Positions 20,821-35,245 are shown, counted from the stretch's first letter. The stretch is 64,000 bases of DNA from Amphiscolops sp. MND2022 (GCA_964187785.1 OZ076409.1:42348001-42412000), one strand, 5' to 3'. The notes: generated from the letters alone by a model not told the origin. Made by a program: numbers and translations.

Positions 20821-22672
20821 GAAGAAAATTTGTTATATTAAAGTTGATTGTTGTAGTGGAGAAATAGTGTTTCGAACGATGATGTATTTATTAATGAAAT
20901 TTAGAAAGTCACAGACCAAACTTTCAAGAAATTCTAGAAAGATTTCACTGCAATTCCAGAGAATTTCAAAAATGGAGAGTGGTATTTGTATGATTGTTGA
21001 GAGAAGAGAAATCATCCAGGAGAAAAGGCAAAAGAAAAATTTTACAAGTCGCACCAAATTGTGCTGCTTTTAATGGTTGGTTATTGTTTTTGATGGTCTT
21101 ATACGCAACTACTAAAAGCGGCTGAGAGACAGGCTAGCTAGCTTACTTTATTACAACTATTCCGAGGTGTTAGGAGTAGAACAAAAAGGAAGTCAACTGA
21201 ATACTGATAATTAGTTTTCTCTCTCTGAAGGAGTAGAGATTTACAATCATTCGATAACAAATAAATGTACATTCTAGAACATTCTATAAACATCTAAATA
21301 CTATTGGTTATTAATGTAGGTCAGTACAGTTGAACGATACTGTTAAATCATGCGTCGTGTTCGAATACGAATGTGACTCGAAATTCAGCTAATCCATGTT
21401 TTTTTTCTCAAGTCGGGAAAATAATGTTTCTCACAGGAAACAGTTGGGACCTTAACGCTTGATGCAAGTTACGGCAAAATAGCACTGAATGACGTTGTAG
21501 GAGAGTTGTGCTACCTTGTTGTTCGATACTTTTCACTATCTGAACGATTGCTTAGGAATCGACTCAGGCGTTGACAAAGGACAAGTTTTCAACGAAATTG
21601 AATGACATCGTTGTAATATGTGTCCAGATTGGCTATGACAGGAACAACTCATTGTCGCTGCACTGATTGTATACACTCCTGCCCTTCAAACAAATTCTCA
21701 GTCTCCTGCCCTAAGTTGATTCAACTACGACGTTGACCACTACTTGAGGTTTTTGATTATTAGATAACCATTCTTTTTGTTCGTTTGAAGTAAATGCATT
21801 ATGCGCCTGTTTTAATGACTTCGGCTTTCTGATGCTATCTGTGATTTGATGAAAACAATTTTGACAAATTGTTTCTTCAGTTTCATTGAAGTCGGTTTAA
21901 AAAGTCAGGAGAACTTCAAATAAATTCTCTTAGAACATTCACTATTTTTAAGTGAAAAACAGTAACAGCGGAGAAATTTTTGCGAGGATTTTTGGATCCC
22001 TGAGAACAACAAAAACTGGTTTCTTTTCTTTTCTCTTGTTGCATTTTTTCACATGTGTGTTTTTCTTCCTCTGTTTATTCCTCCACTAATTAGGAAACAT
22101 CAGAGATACAAATGGTACTGAATTCGACTTCATCACACTGTGCCGCAAGAGCTGGAAACTCAAAACAAGACCAATTATGAAATTGAGCATTTCAACCTCG
22201 GTCACAAACCGCTATGCACTGAATAAATTCCGACACAAAATATGTGGAGTTTGCGAGGATCGAAACCCATCCATACTTTGAAAAACAACCAAGGAAAATT
22301 GGGCGATAGGGAGATATACCTGTCACATACTTCCCGAGAAAGCCAAAATCTTCCAGGCTCTTGCCCGGGTTCGAACCTCGTGTGTGTCAGACGGATACAG
22401 TACCAACTGATCCGCGCTAACCTAAATATTCACATGAATATTCATCTTGAATACTAACTAAGAGTAGGAAATGAAGAGTCATTTACGACCGCCTCAGCCT
22501 CCCCTGAGGCCAGATTCACTGTGCAGGTTTTAGTCTCTGAAGTCGAAAACATTTCAATGTTTGAGGTTCAGAGGTCAAACTGATTATTCAATCAGAATGT
22601 GTGCCATTTGTCCAAGTTTCGTTTATATTGCCTTCTATGACTTATCTCAATTTACAACTGATTAATCTGACT

Positions 22673-22913
22673 AATGAGACGCCCGCTGTACACCGCGTTA
22701 TTTTCCGCTTTCTCACAAAAAAGTCAGGCGAAGGCGAGATTCGAACACATAATACTGTCTGATAAGGGGTTGTACTACCAACTGAGTCAAAGTAGCTAAA
22801 ATTGCAACTTTCTGGTTTGGATGGAGATTGTGGCAATTTGGCATAATATGGGAAAAAACTCAACACCTATGACGTTTTCCTCCCCTGCACAATCAATTGT
22901 GGGGGCGGAAAAA
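22673..22913 (-). mobile_element. HINE-like family B copy with tRNA-like cassette
   Basis: Minus strand: TTTTCCGCCC ... TGACTCAGTTGG ... GTTCGAATC ... GCGGAAAATAA-CGCGGTGTACAGCGGG-CGTCTCATT. Confidence 0.65.
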
Positions 22914-23618
22914 CTTAAACTCATATTAGTAGTAGAAGTGCAATGAATATAGTAAAATTACCTTTTAACAATTCCTGAAGCAGTCTATTTTAATGACGTC
23001 ACATAATTTCATAAAATCATGTATAAATTCGAGTCTACATTTTGTCGGCTCTTTATGAGCTTAAGTGACCATTTTCACGCCGAAATGCCAAAATCTAAAG
23101 TACTAGGAAAATTCTCCAGATTGGCAAATTAAGCGGAAGGCATCCTTCTCCCCATCGCTATTTTCTCATGCTTAATCGAAAGAATTATTATTTTTTCAAA
23201 ACTATATGCTGTTTTTGGAACAATGAGAAAAACAATTTGTTAACAGACCCCTCTCGGTTTTTTGATACTTTTGGATAGGGAAAGTCCCACTCTGGATTTT
23301 TCGGCACTGTGCAATTGTTTTTTAAATTTCAATTTCACAAAAGGATTTTCGTTTTGGTTTTATGGTTTCTGTTGGGAAAAAGAAGCAAAAAAGTATGGGT
23401 GTTTCGATGTTTCTGGTGAGAATAAATGCCAAAATTTTTCCAAAGCCTGACGGGCCCCCTTTGCGTTTTTTCGGTACTGTAAAATTGAGAATTTATTCAA
23501 GAGAGAATCATTGAAGCTTTGAAGCACGTTTGCTCTTCTTGAGCCTTGTTCCACCCGCTGCTTGATCCAATGTAGGCTGAAGGTTGAAAGTGGCTGACAT
23601 TCTTTCTCGACTTTCGTA

Positions 23619-24664
23619 CCCGGGTTGACCCTCTTACTAGCATCTTGGCTGTCTTGGCAAGATCTTGCCAAATTCTTAGTACATCTTGGCAGCCATGGAT
23701 CCCATGGCAAGATTCTTATTAAGATCTTACTAAGATAATACTTATTCCAAGATCGTATCTTATCACGATGGACAAAATTTTAAGATTATTAAAAAACACT
23801 ATACCTTCGGTACAAGCAGCCGAGACTCAATCTAAAGGCTCATTTCACCCAACAACGACTATTTCTACTCGTTTTCATAATCAAAATGCTTAAACCTGCT
23901 GAAAAAATTTTGCATGCAAAAATGCGTGAAAAATTACGATAACGTAGTCTGGCTTCAGAATTTCTGACGAGAATCCTAATAATTCTTCACCTGTTTAAGA
24001 CTGAAAAATGCCGAATGTACCAAATGAAAGGTAATTTCAAGGGCTTTTCAAAACTTGTAATTTATCATTCCTGTCGATTCCAGAGACGGAGAAATATGCT
24101 CTCAAACGTCCGATCCACTATCGGAAAGTTACAAAGGAAAGACCTTTAAATCCGGAAATTTTTGTAAATATCATATTTCCAGCTTTCTTTGAGCCTGTTT
24201 CGCAGCCTTATTACGGCTAGAAACGGCGGTCATTGCTCTAATTTGGGTAATGATTCAGCTCAAGGCTTTTCTGACGCCATTGTTGGCGACACTTTTGCAA
24301 TTGAAAAAAAAATCGATATGGAAATGGTTGTAAAAATCATTCAGTAATTTTGTTTTGAGTGATGTCTAGATTATTTTTGCATAACTCTTAATTTAATGGT
24401 TTTCTGATTCTACTTTTTCTCGATATCGAGCAGTTCGTAGCAATTTTTTTATTGCCATATTCGGCTTCTTAGTTAGATTTTTCTTGCCATATTGGGCTTC
24501 TTAGTAAGATTTTTCTTGGAAACATGGCTCTCTTGATAAGATCTTACCATGGCATCTTGCAATTCTTGGCAATATCTTGTCACGATCTTAGCTAAGAATT
24601 TTCCAAGATCTTGGCAAGATCTTGCCAAGATCTTACTAAGATATCCATGGAGGGTCGACCCGGG
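23619..24664. mobile_element. Non-autonomous TIR DNA transposon with TA duplication and sub-terminal AAGATCTT repeats (CMC/EnSpm-like; superfamily uncertain)
   Basis: TA|CCCGGGTTGACCCT ... AGGGTCGACCCGGG|TA, with many AAGATCTTGCC/ACT units at both ends. Confidence 0.85.
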
Positions 24665-27600
24665 TAGACTTTATATTTTCACCTATAAATCAGAGGGGGA
24701 TGATAAGTATTATTTTTCACTCGGTTATTGGCCCACTAATAACTTGCGTTTTGCAATGGAAGTTATGATTTTCAGAGATGAATCGTAAAAAATTACGGAC
24801 AGCAAGGTTTTCTGTAAAACGATTTCAATCGCTGATCGAGACAATATAATCACGTTACGGTTTTGTACGAATCTTTTCTCTGCTTATTAAAAACCAGTTT
24901 TCAGATGCATGAATCAACTTCCAATGAACTTCGAAATTTACGGGCCAAAAATTCTTTTAAGTTGGATAATTCTAATCCCACTTGAAGATATTTCTGAAGT
25001 TTTCATTCAATTAAATGCCTTTCAAAATTTGAACCTTCCTCTTCAATTCAGTATTTTTAAACTTGTCTAGCTTACATATGCAAATGCGTGGTCTACATGT
25101 GCTAACTTGAGGAATTTTAATTACTCTAACTGCAAAGAAACAACTAAAAAGCACTTTACTCAGTTTAAATTTAGTAGGAAAACGTTGCACCAACATCTTT
25201 CAAACAAAAAACAGGGACACTGATACGTTAACACTTTTCAACGTGAAGACCTTTAGAGCGAGCATGGAAAGTGATTTTTCAAGTTTTCGCTGTGGAGGTG
25301 CTTGTTTTTTAGTGGTGGCCGCCAGCCGTGGCGGTGGTAGTCTTGCTTTAGTTTGCGGCTCTGAAGGAAGTTGGTTTATGGAGTGGAAGAGATTTTAGTT
25401 TAAACGAACATGGAGCAGTGTTTAGTGTGTAGTAGCGAGTAGTAGTAATGACGCACTCGGCGATGATGTAAAAGCGGTACTCGCTGTTTGAGAGAGCGAG
25501 CTAGAGAAAAAAGACAGAGCAAAGGTAGTTAAAAAAGAGTTACCGCGTGTTCAAGTGGATTTTGCCATGTGCGAATTGAATTGGCTATTCTACGGACATA
25601 AGAGCCCACTTATTCGGTTCGCACATGCGTCACAAATTCTGTTTTGTCATCGAAAAGATCAATAATTAACAATTGCTCTCAACGCGCGTCTTCTAGTCTT
25701 GCGTTTTTTGCTAGCAAACAGTTTTAATTCGAGCTCCAAACAAATTTTCAAGTGCCCATTCTGTGCTCTTCTAACTCATTCTCAGCATTTTGAGCGCCAT
25801 AGAGCAGCGTTTTAGTTGGCATTGCAAACCTCTCTTTATTATCATCGGATCAATCCTACCCCAAAGACCGATCCCTTTTGCTTTAATCTAGCCATCACCC
25901 ATTGGTTCAGCCGTCAATCAAACATTGAAGGGTGCTACTGTCAACTATCCCTCTCTGTCCATGTATCACTGAAAACACTCAACCAGCTTGCCATAAAATT
26001 CTAAGAAATAAACATAAACTGGATTGGAGCCCACAACACAGTGTAAAAAACTGCAATAGATTCAATATTGATTGGTTGGCAATTTTCAACAAACTTATTG
26101 GGGATTTGCCACAATTTTTTTTCATGTCAATTGAAGAAGAACAGCATAAACTAACTCTTGAGTTTTAAAACACTGAAATTGGCCTCAACTAAAATTATTG
26201 ATCTCAATGAACATTTCAACATGCAAAAGTTGAAATACATACAGCCTCAAGTAACGGCGGCTACTTGTTACATTAACATCTGTTAAATTAAAGATGTCAG
26301 ATGTTTAGAACTGTCAGGTATTCAAGATGAGTTTAAAACACTGGTTTCATGACTCGGTCTTCCTCTTTCCGCCTGCTACGCTTTCGTTAAAAATAGCCAT
26401 TGGGCCAGCATTGGTATATCGCTGCGCTTCAATTCGCTTCTGCTTTCAGATCTCAAGTGAGCTGCGAACGTTGTTAATGTTTCTATGGTTTAAACGATTG
26501 TAACTTTGAAAATTTCGCCGTGATACCTTAAATAGCTGTTCAAAAGACCCATGGAAATGGTAAAAATTAAAATGAAATTCAGCAATAAGAGCCCACAAAA
26601 TAAAAGACAATATCATGTGACATACATGTATAAAAGGCCACAACACCTGTGAAATAAATGAAAGTTTGTGCAAGAGATTTCTGAGAACTGCAGTATTTCG
26701 AGCACTGCGTTACTTAGATACCCAAATTATTTCCTCCTGGTGATTTTAACTTTGAAGCAACGTTCATTGAATGGGTCGAAATTGATGGTAACATAAAAAC
26801 TATACCAGGCTCCCATAAGTGCAAGCATAGCATTTGTCTTTCAGAAACCTTCATAAAAAATTCTTGTTTGCAAAAGGTTATATGGAATTGAAATATTAAA
26901 AAATTGAAACACGGAATATTTAGTTCTAACAGTAGTCAAATGAAACATTCTCGTTAAATATTTCAATTCGTTATAACGAATTGAAATATTTAACGAGCAT
27001 GTTTCATTTGAATCCCGTGTAATTACCTGCATGTGATTGACTAAATACTGTATTTAGCGAGGAAGTTTTATTTCAATTTTCAGAGCACGAAAGTTTCTCA
27101 TCTCAGAGACGGGGAATTTTGCAAAATCATTCATTATACCGAAGACCATGCTCTTATGCTGATATCATTTGCGATGCTTGTCGTTGAGATTCGACCAATG
27201 CTGACGTCACGATCCAATTAGGAATCTCTTGAAGGAATCTCTTCAACTGAAGCTGCTTGCTTTCAACTAGAAACCTCTAAATCCACTCCATGGCGACAGT
27301 GGAGTCGAATCTCCCTGTTCTAAGCTTCCACTCTGGCATACAATTTCACAGCTAACAACTAAAAATAACTGAGTCTTAATGTGCCTTAATGGCGTTTTAA
27401 AAGCATAGAATCAAACCATGGGATAGACCTTTCATTGGGAAGCACGTGATCACCCACAAGACCAAGCTATAAAACCAAGAATGGCTCAACCTGCGACCGG
27501 ATGAAGACTTGGAGACTGCAAACTGTATCGGATGAAAATCTTTAGACTAAGTTTGTCAACGGTTCATACCGGTTCAACCAGGTTTGGGATTATGTAACAA

Positions 27601-28034
27601 ACGAAAATGGTCTAGAGTCGGTACCAGCTATCTGAGAAACTTTTATCCTCACATTAGAATATTAACCTATCAACGCTGTAAAGCATCCCCTACGCAAAAT
27701 TGAACGGTGGAATGCTCATTGTAGGAAAATTCTTTAGTGAAACGTTTTTTTTAGAAAATCAATATAAAATAACCTAATAAAAAGCCAACAAAACCATTGG
27801 ATTCCATGTTTCCATGGATTAAAAAAATGGTTCTGCAGCGCCTGAGTGATTTCACACAACGGAAGCTTCAAAATTGCTCATAATTCTTAATCAATGTTTG
27901 GTTTCTCAAATCGTTAGGATAGAAAATTTTGCTTCAATAAAGCTTCTACTTCTATCGAGAAAATGAAATTTTTACACTGGTTATATTTCTACACTGCATA
28001 CGAAACTTTTGGCGAAAGACCGTTTTTTCAGTTA

Positions 28035-28440
28035 CCGTATATTCCGGCGTATAAGCCGCCCCTTTTTGAATTTTTGGTGGTCAAAGGTTTGGGGAAGTGG
28101 CTTATACGATGAACAGAAAACGAAGACCGTTTTTTTCAGAATCAAAATTTAGGCATGATCACTGTTCACCCATTTGATGACGAGTTGGATGACGTTGCAG
28201 TTGATTTTCTTTTCGAATAAGTTTCAGAGCCAGAGGACATAGCAGATGATGACTCCGATTTTAGTCCCTGAGAATTGAAAATTGAATTGACACCTCGAAA
28301 ATTCATTCAATTCACAGTTAATAAACTTTTAAGTTCTTTTATTTTTCTTGATTTAGGGGGGCTTATATGACGAACATACCGTAAATCAACAAATTCTCTT
28401 TCAAAATTGGGGAGGGAGGCTTATACGCCGGAATATACGG
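28035..28440. mobile_element. MITE of Tc1/mariner-pogo type
   Basis: Perfect 23-bp TIR CCGTATATTCCGGCGTATAAGCC, flanked by TA on both sides; internal GGCTTATA(C/T)G repeats. Confidence 0.92.
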
Positions 28441-29280
28441 TAACACTCGTCAGCTTCATCTCAATATAAGCGCTGCTTAGCTTCTAGAAGTTATTGAACT
28501 AGCTAAAGACTTACAGCAGCGCGAGTCATTTGGCTGACAAAATGGGTCGAGAAATAAGTCTTGGGTAACCTAAAAGATAATTTTTAAAGCAGAACGTCTC
28601 AGGTTCGAATCCTTCCCTCGGCTGTTTTTTTTCGCACTGAGACTTCTATTCGAAGAGCGTTTTGTATTTCACCACAGGGTGAATTTCCCCCTTCAAATTT
28701 TCCCGGAATTAAACGTTATGAAAGACGCTTTTCAAGCCGAAACCTTCCCATCTTTCGGTTTTTACCGGTGTGCATTTTAAAATTTTTTTTTCACTTTAGA
28801 AAAAAGCGTTTTCGATTCCATATAGCACTTCTTGAGATATATTTTGGTAATCTGAAATTTTTGGGAAGTTTCCCAAAGCCATACTGGGCATTTTCGTGAT
28901 ACTTGTGCTTTTTGAACTTCCTGGGTGACTACTGTAGACGGTCAAGTCTTGCTAACTAAACACCTACAAAACGAAGCAACAGACCAGAAAGCGACGATTC
29001 TGAAGCCGATCTCAGGTATTACTCAAACGATCCTTATCACAGCAAATGGTGAAACATTTCACGCTATACATGGACATTAGCCGAGCTGTCTACAGAAGCA
29101 CCGAACCCCATCCAAGTACATAGAGGTCACCAATTGAATTACTTACGATGTTCAGAGTGGGACTAATGGTCAGCAACTCAAGGACTTAAAACCAACACAA
29201 AGGTTGATCAAAAATTTGACAATGAAACCAATGTTCCATTTTCAAACTTGCTCATTTCGGATGAAACTTTCTACAAAATC

Positions 29281-29514
29281 AAACAAGACGCCCGTTAAGC
29301 ACCGAGATACTTACCGTTAAAAATGTAACGCATCAGCACAGGTTCGAACCCACGACCCCGTGTCTGCCAGACAGAAGCAGCCGCACTACCAACTGCGCCA
29401 TGGTCGCTAGAATTTACTAAATGGAGCAATAAAGTGCAGTTTTGGCAGAATTGGGAGAGAAAACGCAACACAGATTATGATTCTCCTCCCCGATCATATA
29501 TGGGCGGAAAATAA
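29281..29514 (-). mobile_element. HINE-like family B copy with the best-preserved tRNA-like cassette
   Basis: Minus strand: TTATTTTCCGCCC ... A box TGGCGCAGTTGG, B box GGTTCGAACC ... CTCGGTGCTTAACGGG-CGTCTTGTTT. Confidence 0.7.
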
Positions 29515-32500
29515 CAAAATCGTTGTCCTGAAAAGACGAATAATCGGATGAAACTTGGCAACGCCAACTCTAGGTTGGACGTATTAGATTGTGTGAATTT
29601 CTGAGCAAACATGAAAACAAAGACGCAGCGACATTTACTTGAATAATATTCTGTTACACTTCCAGAAAGAATGTAACGACAAGCAGTAACCGTCGCATTC
29701 TTCGTTTATGAAGGTGAAGGAACTCATAGGATGGGTATTTGCCCGGGAGAGGTGCGTCTCGTCACGAGAGGATCCCGCTGCTAAGGAGCACTTGTCGACC
29801 AGTTTTTAACTGCTATCAGCAACGGGAATCTTGCTTTTGCTCAATTTCAGGATCACAGCTTAGATAGTATTTAAAAACGTGGGCGATGGTGTAAACGATT
29901 AATTTCTCAAATAAATAGCAGATAGAATTTTGAAAAAGCACAGGAACTAGACATCATGAAAAAACTATAATTTACGGAATTATTGGCTTTGCACTGCACG
30001 ACAACGAAACAGAAGCACCGTTTGCTTATGTAAGCAGAAAGACTCATTTTAAGTAATTACAGTCATGAAAAAAAGTTTTCGTAATGAATGAACGAACTTT
30101 TCACGGTTTCAATATCACTCAGTTTTTTATTTCCGCTGTAACTTTCATATAAATGTTTTTCCATAACATTGAAAAACACCATTTGATTCATAAAATATCT
30201 CTAATTTAGACGCACTAATTTCAATTTCTAATCGGTTTATACAACTTTTGACATGCCTAGAATTGTAGAGTGGAATCAATTTGATGCATATTTTGTAAAA
30301 AGGTCTTCCGCCTCGTTGCCGAAACGTATAGAAACGTAGAACAAGCTCTTTTTAGTCACTATTTCATTTTTCATTTCATTTCATTTCATTTACCCAATAA
30401 GAAGTCACAACGACTTTTATTGATGTCATTTGCAAATTCAATAATTCACTACGAACATTTTTTCCACGACTGTATAGCAATTAGTAGCAATATGCTAAGC
30501 AATGCGCGAGTTTCAGTTTGACTTTTCGGTCTCAGCGTAATTAGCACTCAGCTAAATGAGTCTTTTTCACACAAATCTTGTTTATTTGGTCTGCTTTTCG
30601 GGTTCTCTGTCGTTGCTTTTGTGATTTCGTCCTTTGCAATTCTCTGGACAGGTCTTTGAGCTCACACGGACACCATTTGTGGCATATGATATAAAATTGT
30701 AGTCCCTCGGGATTTTTTCGAAGTTTTCAGACGTGTCCCCAATTATTTATGGTAGATGTTGATATGACAGGGAGATGTTACAGAAACTAGACACCTTCTG
30801 GTCCTATTTCTTTGACCAAAATTCTCAAATTAGTTTCAACTAGAAACTTCTCTTCAGATCTGAAAGCTAACTCAAGCAAAAACTCCGAAAAGCAATTTCG
30901 AAAAAAGTGGCTCCCTTGCGTTTTTCTAGGCAAAACCCTACTCAATTCGCGAAAAACTTCCGTTACAGAAAAAATTGATATTTTTGTTCGAAATGAAAAA
31001 ATAAAAATGTTTGACCTTGATCAGAGTCGTAATCACGTTGGTAAAACGTAGAAAAATACGAACTTAACTTCAGAAGTTCAATTTTAGCGGTTTTTTTCAT
31101 TTTCATCTCAGAGAAAATCAGAAAACGGTATTAACCATGTTGAAATGGTAGTGATAAAAATTTTGAAAAATGGTCAGAGCCTAACACCACGCTCTTTCAG
31201 GCAAAACGTACAGGTATATGGGTATAGCAACAAAAACTCGGATGATGCCCCGTCTTGATCATCGATTCAGATATATTAAAAAAGGGCACTGTTGTAGTTC
31301 ATATTGAGAGATACCAGAATATCAACACTGGCTAGATGCAAACTCCCTTCCGTCCTTGGGAGACTATTTCATGAAAAACAAGTTTGAAAACTGGAGGGTA
31401 ACTTGCTCAGGCTAGAGGTTACTCCAAAAGACAGGAGCAGAAACCTTTGTGGATGAAAAGTAGCCCAAAGCTAAAAGTTCAGAGAAAGGGGTCTTTTAGG
31501 CTCAAAAAAAGGGTTCAAGAAAAGTTACGACGTTCTGTTCTCATTTAAACTTTTACCTCTGTTAAATTTGAGGATTAATTGAAGAAAGCAATAGGATGAA
31601 TTGTTTATATGGTGAAAAGAAGTCAAACTATGACTACTTTTACCGGTTTTAATGAATAAAATTTCTAAATACTCAAAAACTGAATTCTATTCAAAGATTG
31701 ACTAATCTACACTTCATTCACGTTACGGATTTCAGGTTGACTATTCTTGACTGGTTTCCACTTTTCTCTAATTACGCTCAATTATCATATTCCGTAGTTT
31801 CTGATTACACTCTACATCGCAATCCGCGATGAACACGGTGCACTGTTTGACTACAATACGGTTCACTCTCGTTTTACGGAAAATACACAGATTATACTAG
31901 ATGATAAAATCCACTTTTGAGGCAATTGTATCGTAATGGGGATCGTTTAGTACCCTTGGACGTACCGTAGCCCTTAACTCACTTGTCAGCCAAAATTTCT
32001 CTCCGAAAAATAACACACTGCAGAAAAAAAAACTGAAAAGAGACGGGCGACGTTTCTGTTTTATCTACTTTTGCAACATTAAAATGTTACAATTCAATTC
32101 GAACTCACGTACTCTGGATTCCCAGCCCCAGATACGCTCCGACACAATGCATGTTGAAACATCTTGAACTTTGTACATGTTTTCGTAGGTTGCCTTGAAA
32201 ATTTATCGTGAAGTTATAAAATTCTCTCGGAAACTTCTGTGGAATGAATTTTCACTGTTTCAATTGAATTTTATCAAGCAGTCTAAAATATGCAACTTAT
32301 TTTTGGTGGAAATTCGAAGCAATGAAGTTTTGTAAGTTTTATCATGCAATAGTTATATTTTTGAATGCAACTGAGATCTTATCAATTTTACCGCAATATC
32401 ATCAAAGTTTTATTTCATTTTAAACGTAGTTTCAAAAACGTAAGAGCAGCGTCTTATTTAACGTACAGTTTGACTGTGATTACAGATTTTGAATACTTGC

Positions 32501-32983
32501 GCAATTGAAGTATGAAAACTCTTGATCGATACCGTGATGAATCAGATTTATTTTCAGTTTTCATTGAAATTGTGGACACTGCTTTGCCATCCTACAACGT
32601 TTTTTTATGCGCGAAATTATAATTTTCATTAAGGTAACCATGTATGCATGAACGCAGCATGAGAAGCAGCAAATTCAACCATGGGAGATAACAACTAAGC
32701 CACATGAAAACCATTCGAGCATTCTAGTTGTTCCAGGAAGCATTGCTGCTCAAGAAACGAGAAATCCAGGCAGTCTGTTTTGCTTAACACAAACATCGGT
32801 CGGTATACAAAACACAAGTTTCTGGGGGGGGGGGGCAACTGCCTTAAATGTGGGAAGAAGAAAAAAGGCCTGTTATAAAAGCGTTAGTTAGAAGAAATGC
32901 CATTTGCAGTATAGAAAACCCACGCCTACAAAGAGTAACAAGTTGATGCCAAACTGTTTTTCAAATCGAAGGTCAAAATTATT

Positions 32984-33707
32984 TGTAACGTCAACCACCT
33001 AGCAGAGTACATCATAGAAGTGGGACAATGCCTAGATTGCTTGAACAGGAGACCAGTGTCTTACTACAACCTAGACATTAGTTTTTAATCCCAAAATGGT
33101 CTCCTAAAAGGGACTTTTCCTATACGCCTAAGGAGTCTCCTCAGTTAGAGCTCCGAGGCGACGTGCCGGCTCTCTCAAAGTCCGGACACGTCCCACAAGC
33201 CTGTAAAAACAATTCCTAATGTTCCTGCGTGTTCCTACATACCTCCGAGGTCCAAAAACAGGGGTTTAGCCAAAGTACATTCGATTAGTGAATAACGTCT
33301 AAACTGGGTGAAACAAGGGGTAAAACATCACCAAACATCTACAAAAACCGCAAATATGGTACAATAGATTCAGAAAACATCAGGCGTCAGTGTCAGCGAG
33401 CCTTGGTCTTGGACCTACTAGGTGGCACACGCAAAATATGCGAACTTCTGAGTTTCTTCATCTCTTGGGCCATTCTTCGGGTTCTGCTGGCAGCTGGGAC
33501 GTCTTCCGAGGGAGATGACACAACACGGCGATTTCGGGGATACTTCTGTGACGGTGTGTTCTCTCTCGGGTAGGGTGGGGGTGGTTTGCACTATTTTCCA
33601 TCATCCTTTTCAATTTCCAGTACCTGTCAGGTCGGCCATCTTGATTTAGAAATTTTGCTATCGCACATTTCATCGAATTTTTGTGACGTCTTTTGCTGGA
33701 CGTTACA
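32984..33707 (-). repeat. 3' LTR of element C
   Basis: TGTAACGTC...GACGTTACA, direct repeat of 37682-38405, abutted by the PPT. Confidence 0.97.
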
Positions 33708-33715
33708 TCCTCCCC
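33708..33715 (-). promoter_or_regulatory. Polypurine tract of element C
   Basis: Minus strand GGGGAGGA immediately before the 3' LTR start TGTAACG. Confidence 0.8.
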
Positions 33716-35245
33716 GGGCCGTAGTTTGTCGTCCTCGACAAACGAGAGAGGACGTTCACATCTTGGTTGCTACCATCCAGTGATTCAGTGATACTGTTGT
33801 GACATGGTACTTCAGGAATCTAAATGGAAGTCATTGCCCAAGAACATGTTATTGCCCAAAAACACGAGTTTTTGCCAGCCTAGCTGATTCCTTGGATTCC
33901 ACACCAACAATGGGTTCTAGTACTGGAATAGCGTTAGCAACTTTAGACACTTAGCCTTTTATTCAAAACATTTTCAAACTTTTAATTTCGCACCAAGATT
34001 TCAAAATTTCTAGCACCTTATTGCATCTGCATAAAAAGCACACATCACAACATGATTGGCATCAACCTCGGTCCCACCTGATAGGTTAGGTTGTACAAAA
34101 TGCACGATAGCACTAGAAAAGCGAAGAGTAAAAGTAATGGCTGTGGTCTTGCAAAAGTGTCGTAGTTTATGGCCAACAGAAACTGCACAATAAAAAGCAC
34201 AAATAGAGAAATAGATCCCAAAAATTCAAAAATATCACCAAAAGCGAGGACCCATTCAATCTATTGAGTTAGCAGTGTACGCTAAGATAAAGGTGTTGTG
34301 TAGGTAATATAGGCACAAGTGTATATGTAAAAGATGGAAATAAATTGCTTTTCAAAAGGATGATTATGTCGATAGCGATAATAGACTATGACCAAGGGAA
34401 GTTAAAAAATCAGGTATAGTGGATCATTAAAACAATGAAAACAGTCTTTGGCATTAAAAACAAGTTTCAGAGCAATCATTCGAGTTCTAAAAGCACGGCC
34501 GCAGGCCAAGCAGTTCTCAGAGCTTCGAAGCTCCATGTGTTTTATCATGCTTGGTGTTGATTCCTTTCGGCAGAGTACAGGTGCTCCCCGGGCCAATCTC
34601 TTGTCCGGTGTTTTCACATCGATATGGTTCATGCAACTGTGGTACCGAGTACCGAGGTTCACCTTAGGCATGAATCGAGCAACGAACATTGATTGTTTGA
34701 GAAGCCTGCTTGGCTACAGATGTTAGATTGTCTGAAAACTCCGTTTGTCACTCATGCTGCGATATTTCTGGAGGGCACAAGTAATAACAAAAATGTGATT
34801 AGAGACTACGGGTAAACCTTGGGGGTGAGTAGGAGGAGAGACACTGAGTTTGAAGTGGTTTTGTGCCTTACGATCGTAGTACGATCAGAAAAAGCGTTCT
34901 TTTTCAACTATGGTAGTAACTTGTGTACTTGTTGTTCTGTTTTGAGACGCACTGCGTTCAAAGTCTAAACCTCTAAAAGTGCCTATAAACGTGCTCCAGC
35001 ACCCACGGGGTACACAAAACATCGAGCATGCATGTTCACAATGGATAGATTGCACTTGGGTGACTTTGATAGCAGTCAGGATGCGAGTTTCCATTTTCGG
35101 TTTTTCACCTCTATGTCTCGTAGACCGGTTTTCTCAGAGACCCGACATCTTAGGGTCAGCTTAGCACTGATCAAAGTGATTCAAGAAGACGTCCTGAGGG
35201 CGCTTGGTATGCTAATTGGGTCGTCTTGGCCCTCACTGGCACGTA

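Noticed and set aside
25200..25800. Promoter or 5' UTR-like, relatively GC-rich stretch
   Set aside because: No linked coding exon could be identified in the window.
29331..29408. tRNA gene candidates (also ~22340-22420, 22730-22795, 28600, 48640-48705, 49415-49480)
   Set aside because: A/B boxes are present but acceptor and anticodon stems do not pair; treated as repeat-borne tRNA-like sequence.
29700..29860. Gag-like peptide MKVKELIGWVF...KEHL/VDQFLTAISN
   Set aside because: Too short and broken to support a call without a search.
33458..33783. Short ORFs in the LTRs (also 38156-38692 and 62499-63474)
   Set aside because: They lie in or run out of LTR sequence and are not conserved between element C and the solo LTR.
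34402..34790. 95-aa ORF and splice-acceptor-like tract inside element C
   Set aside because: All frames after the acceptor stop quickly and no domain is recognisable.
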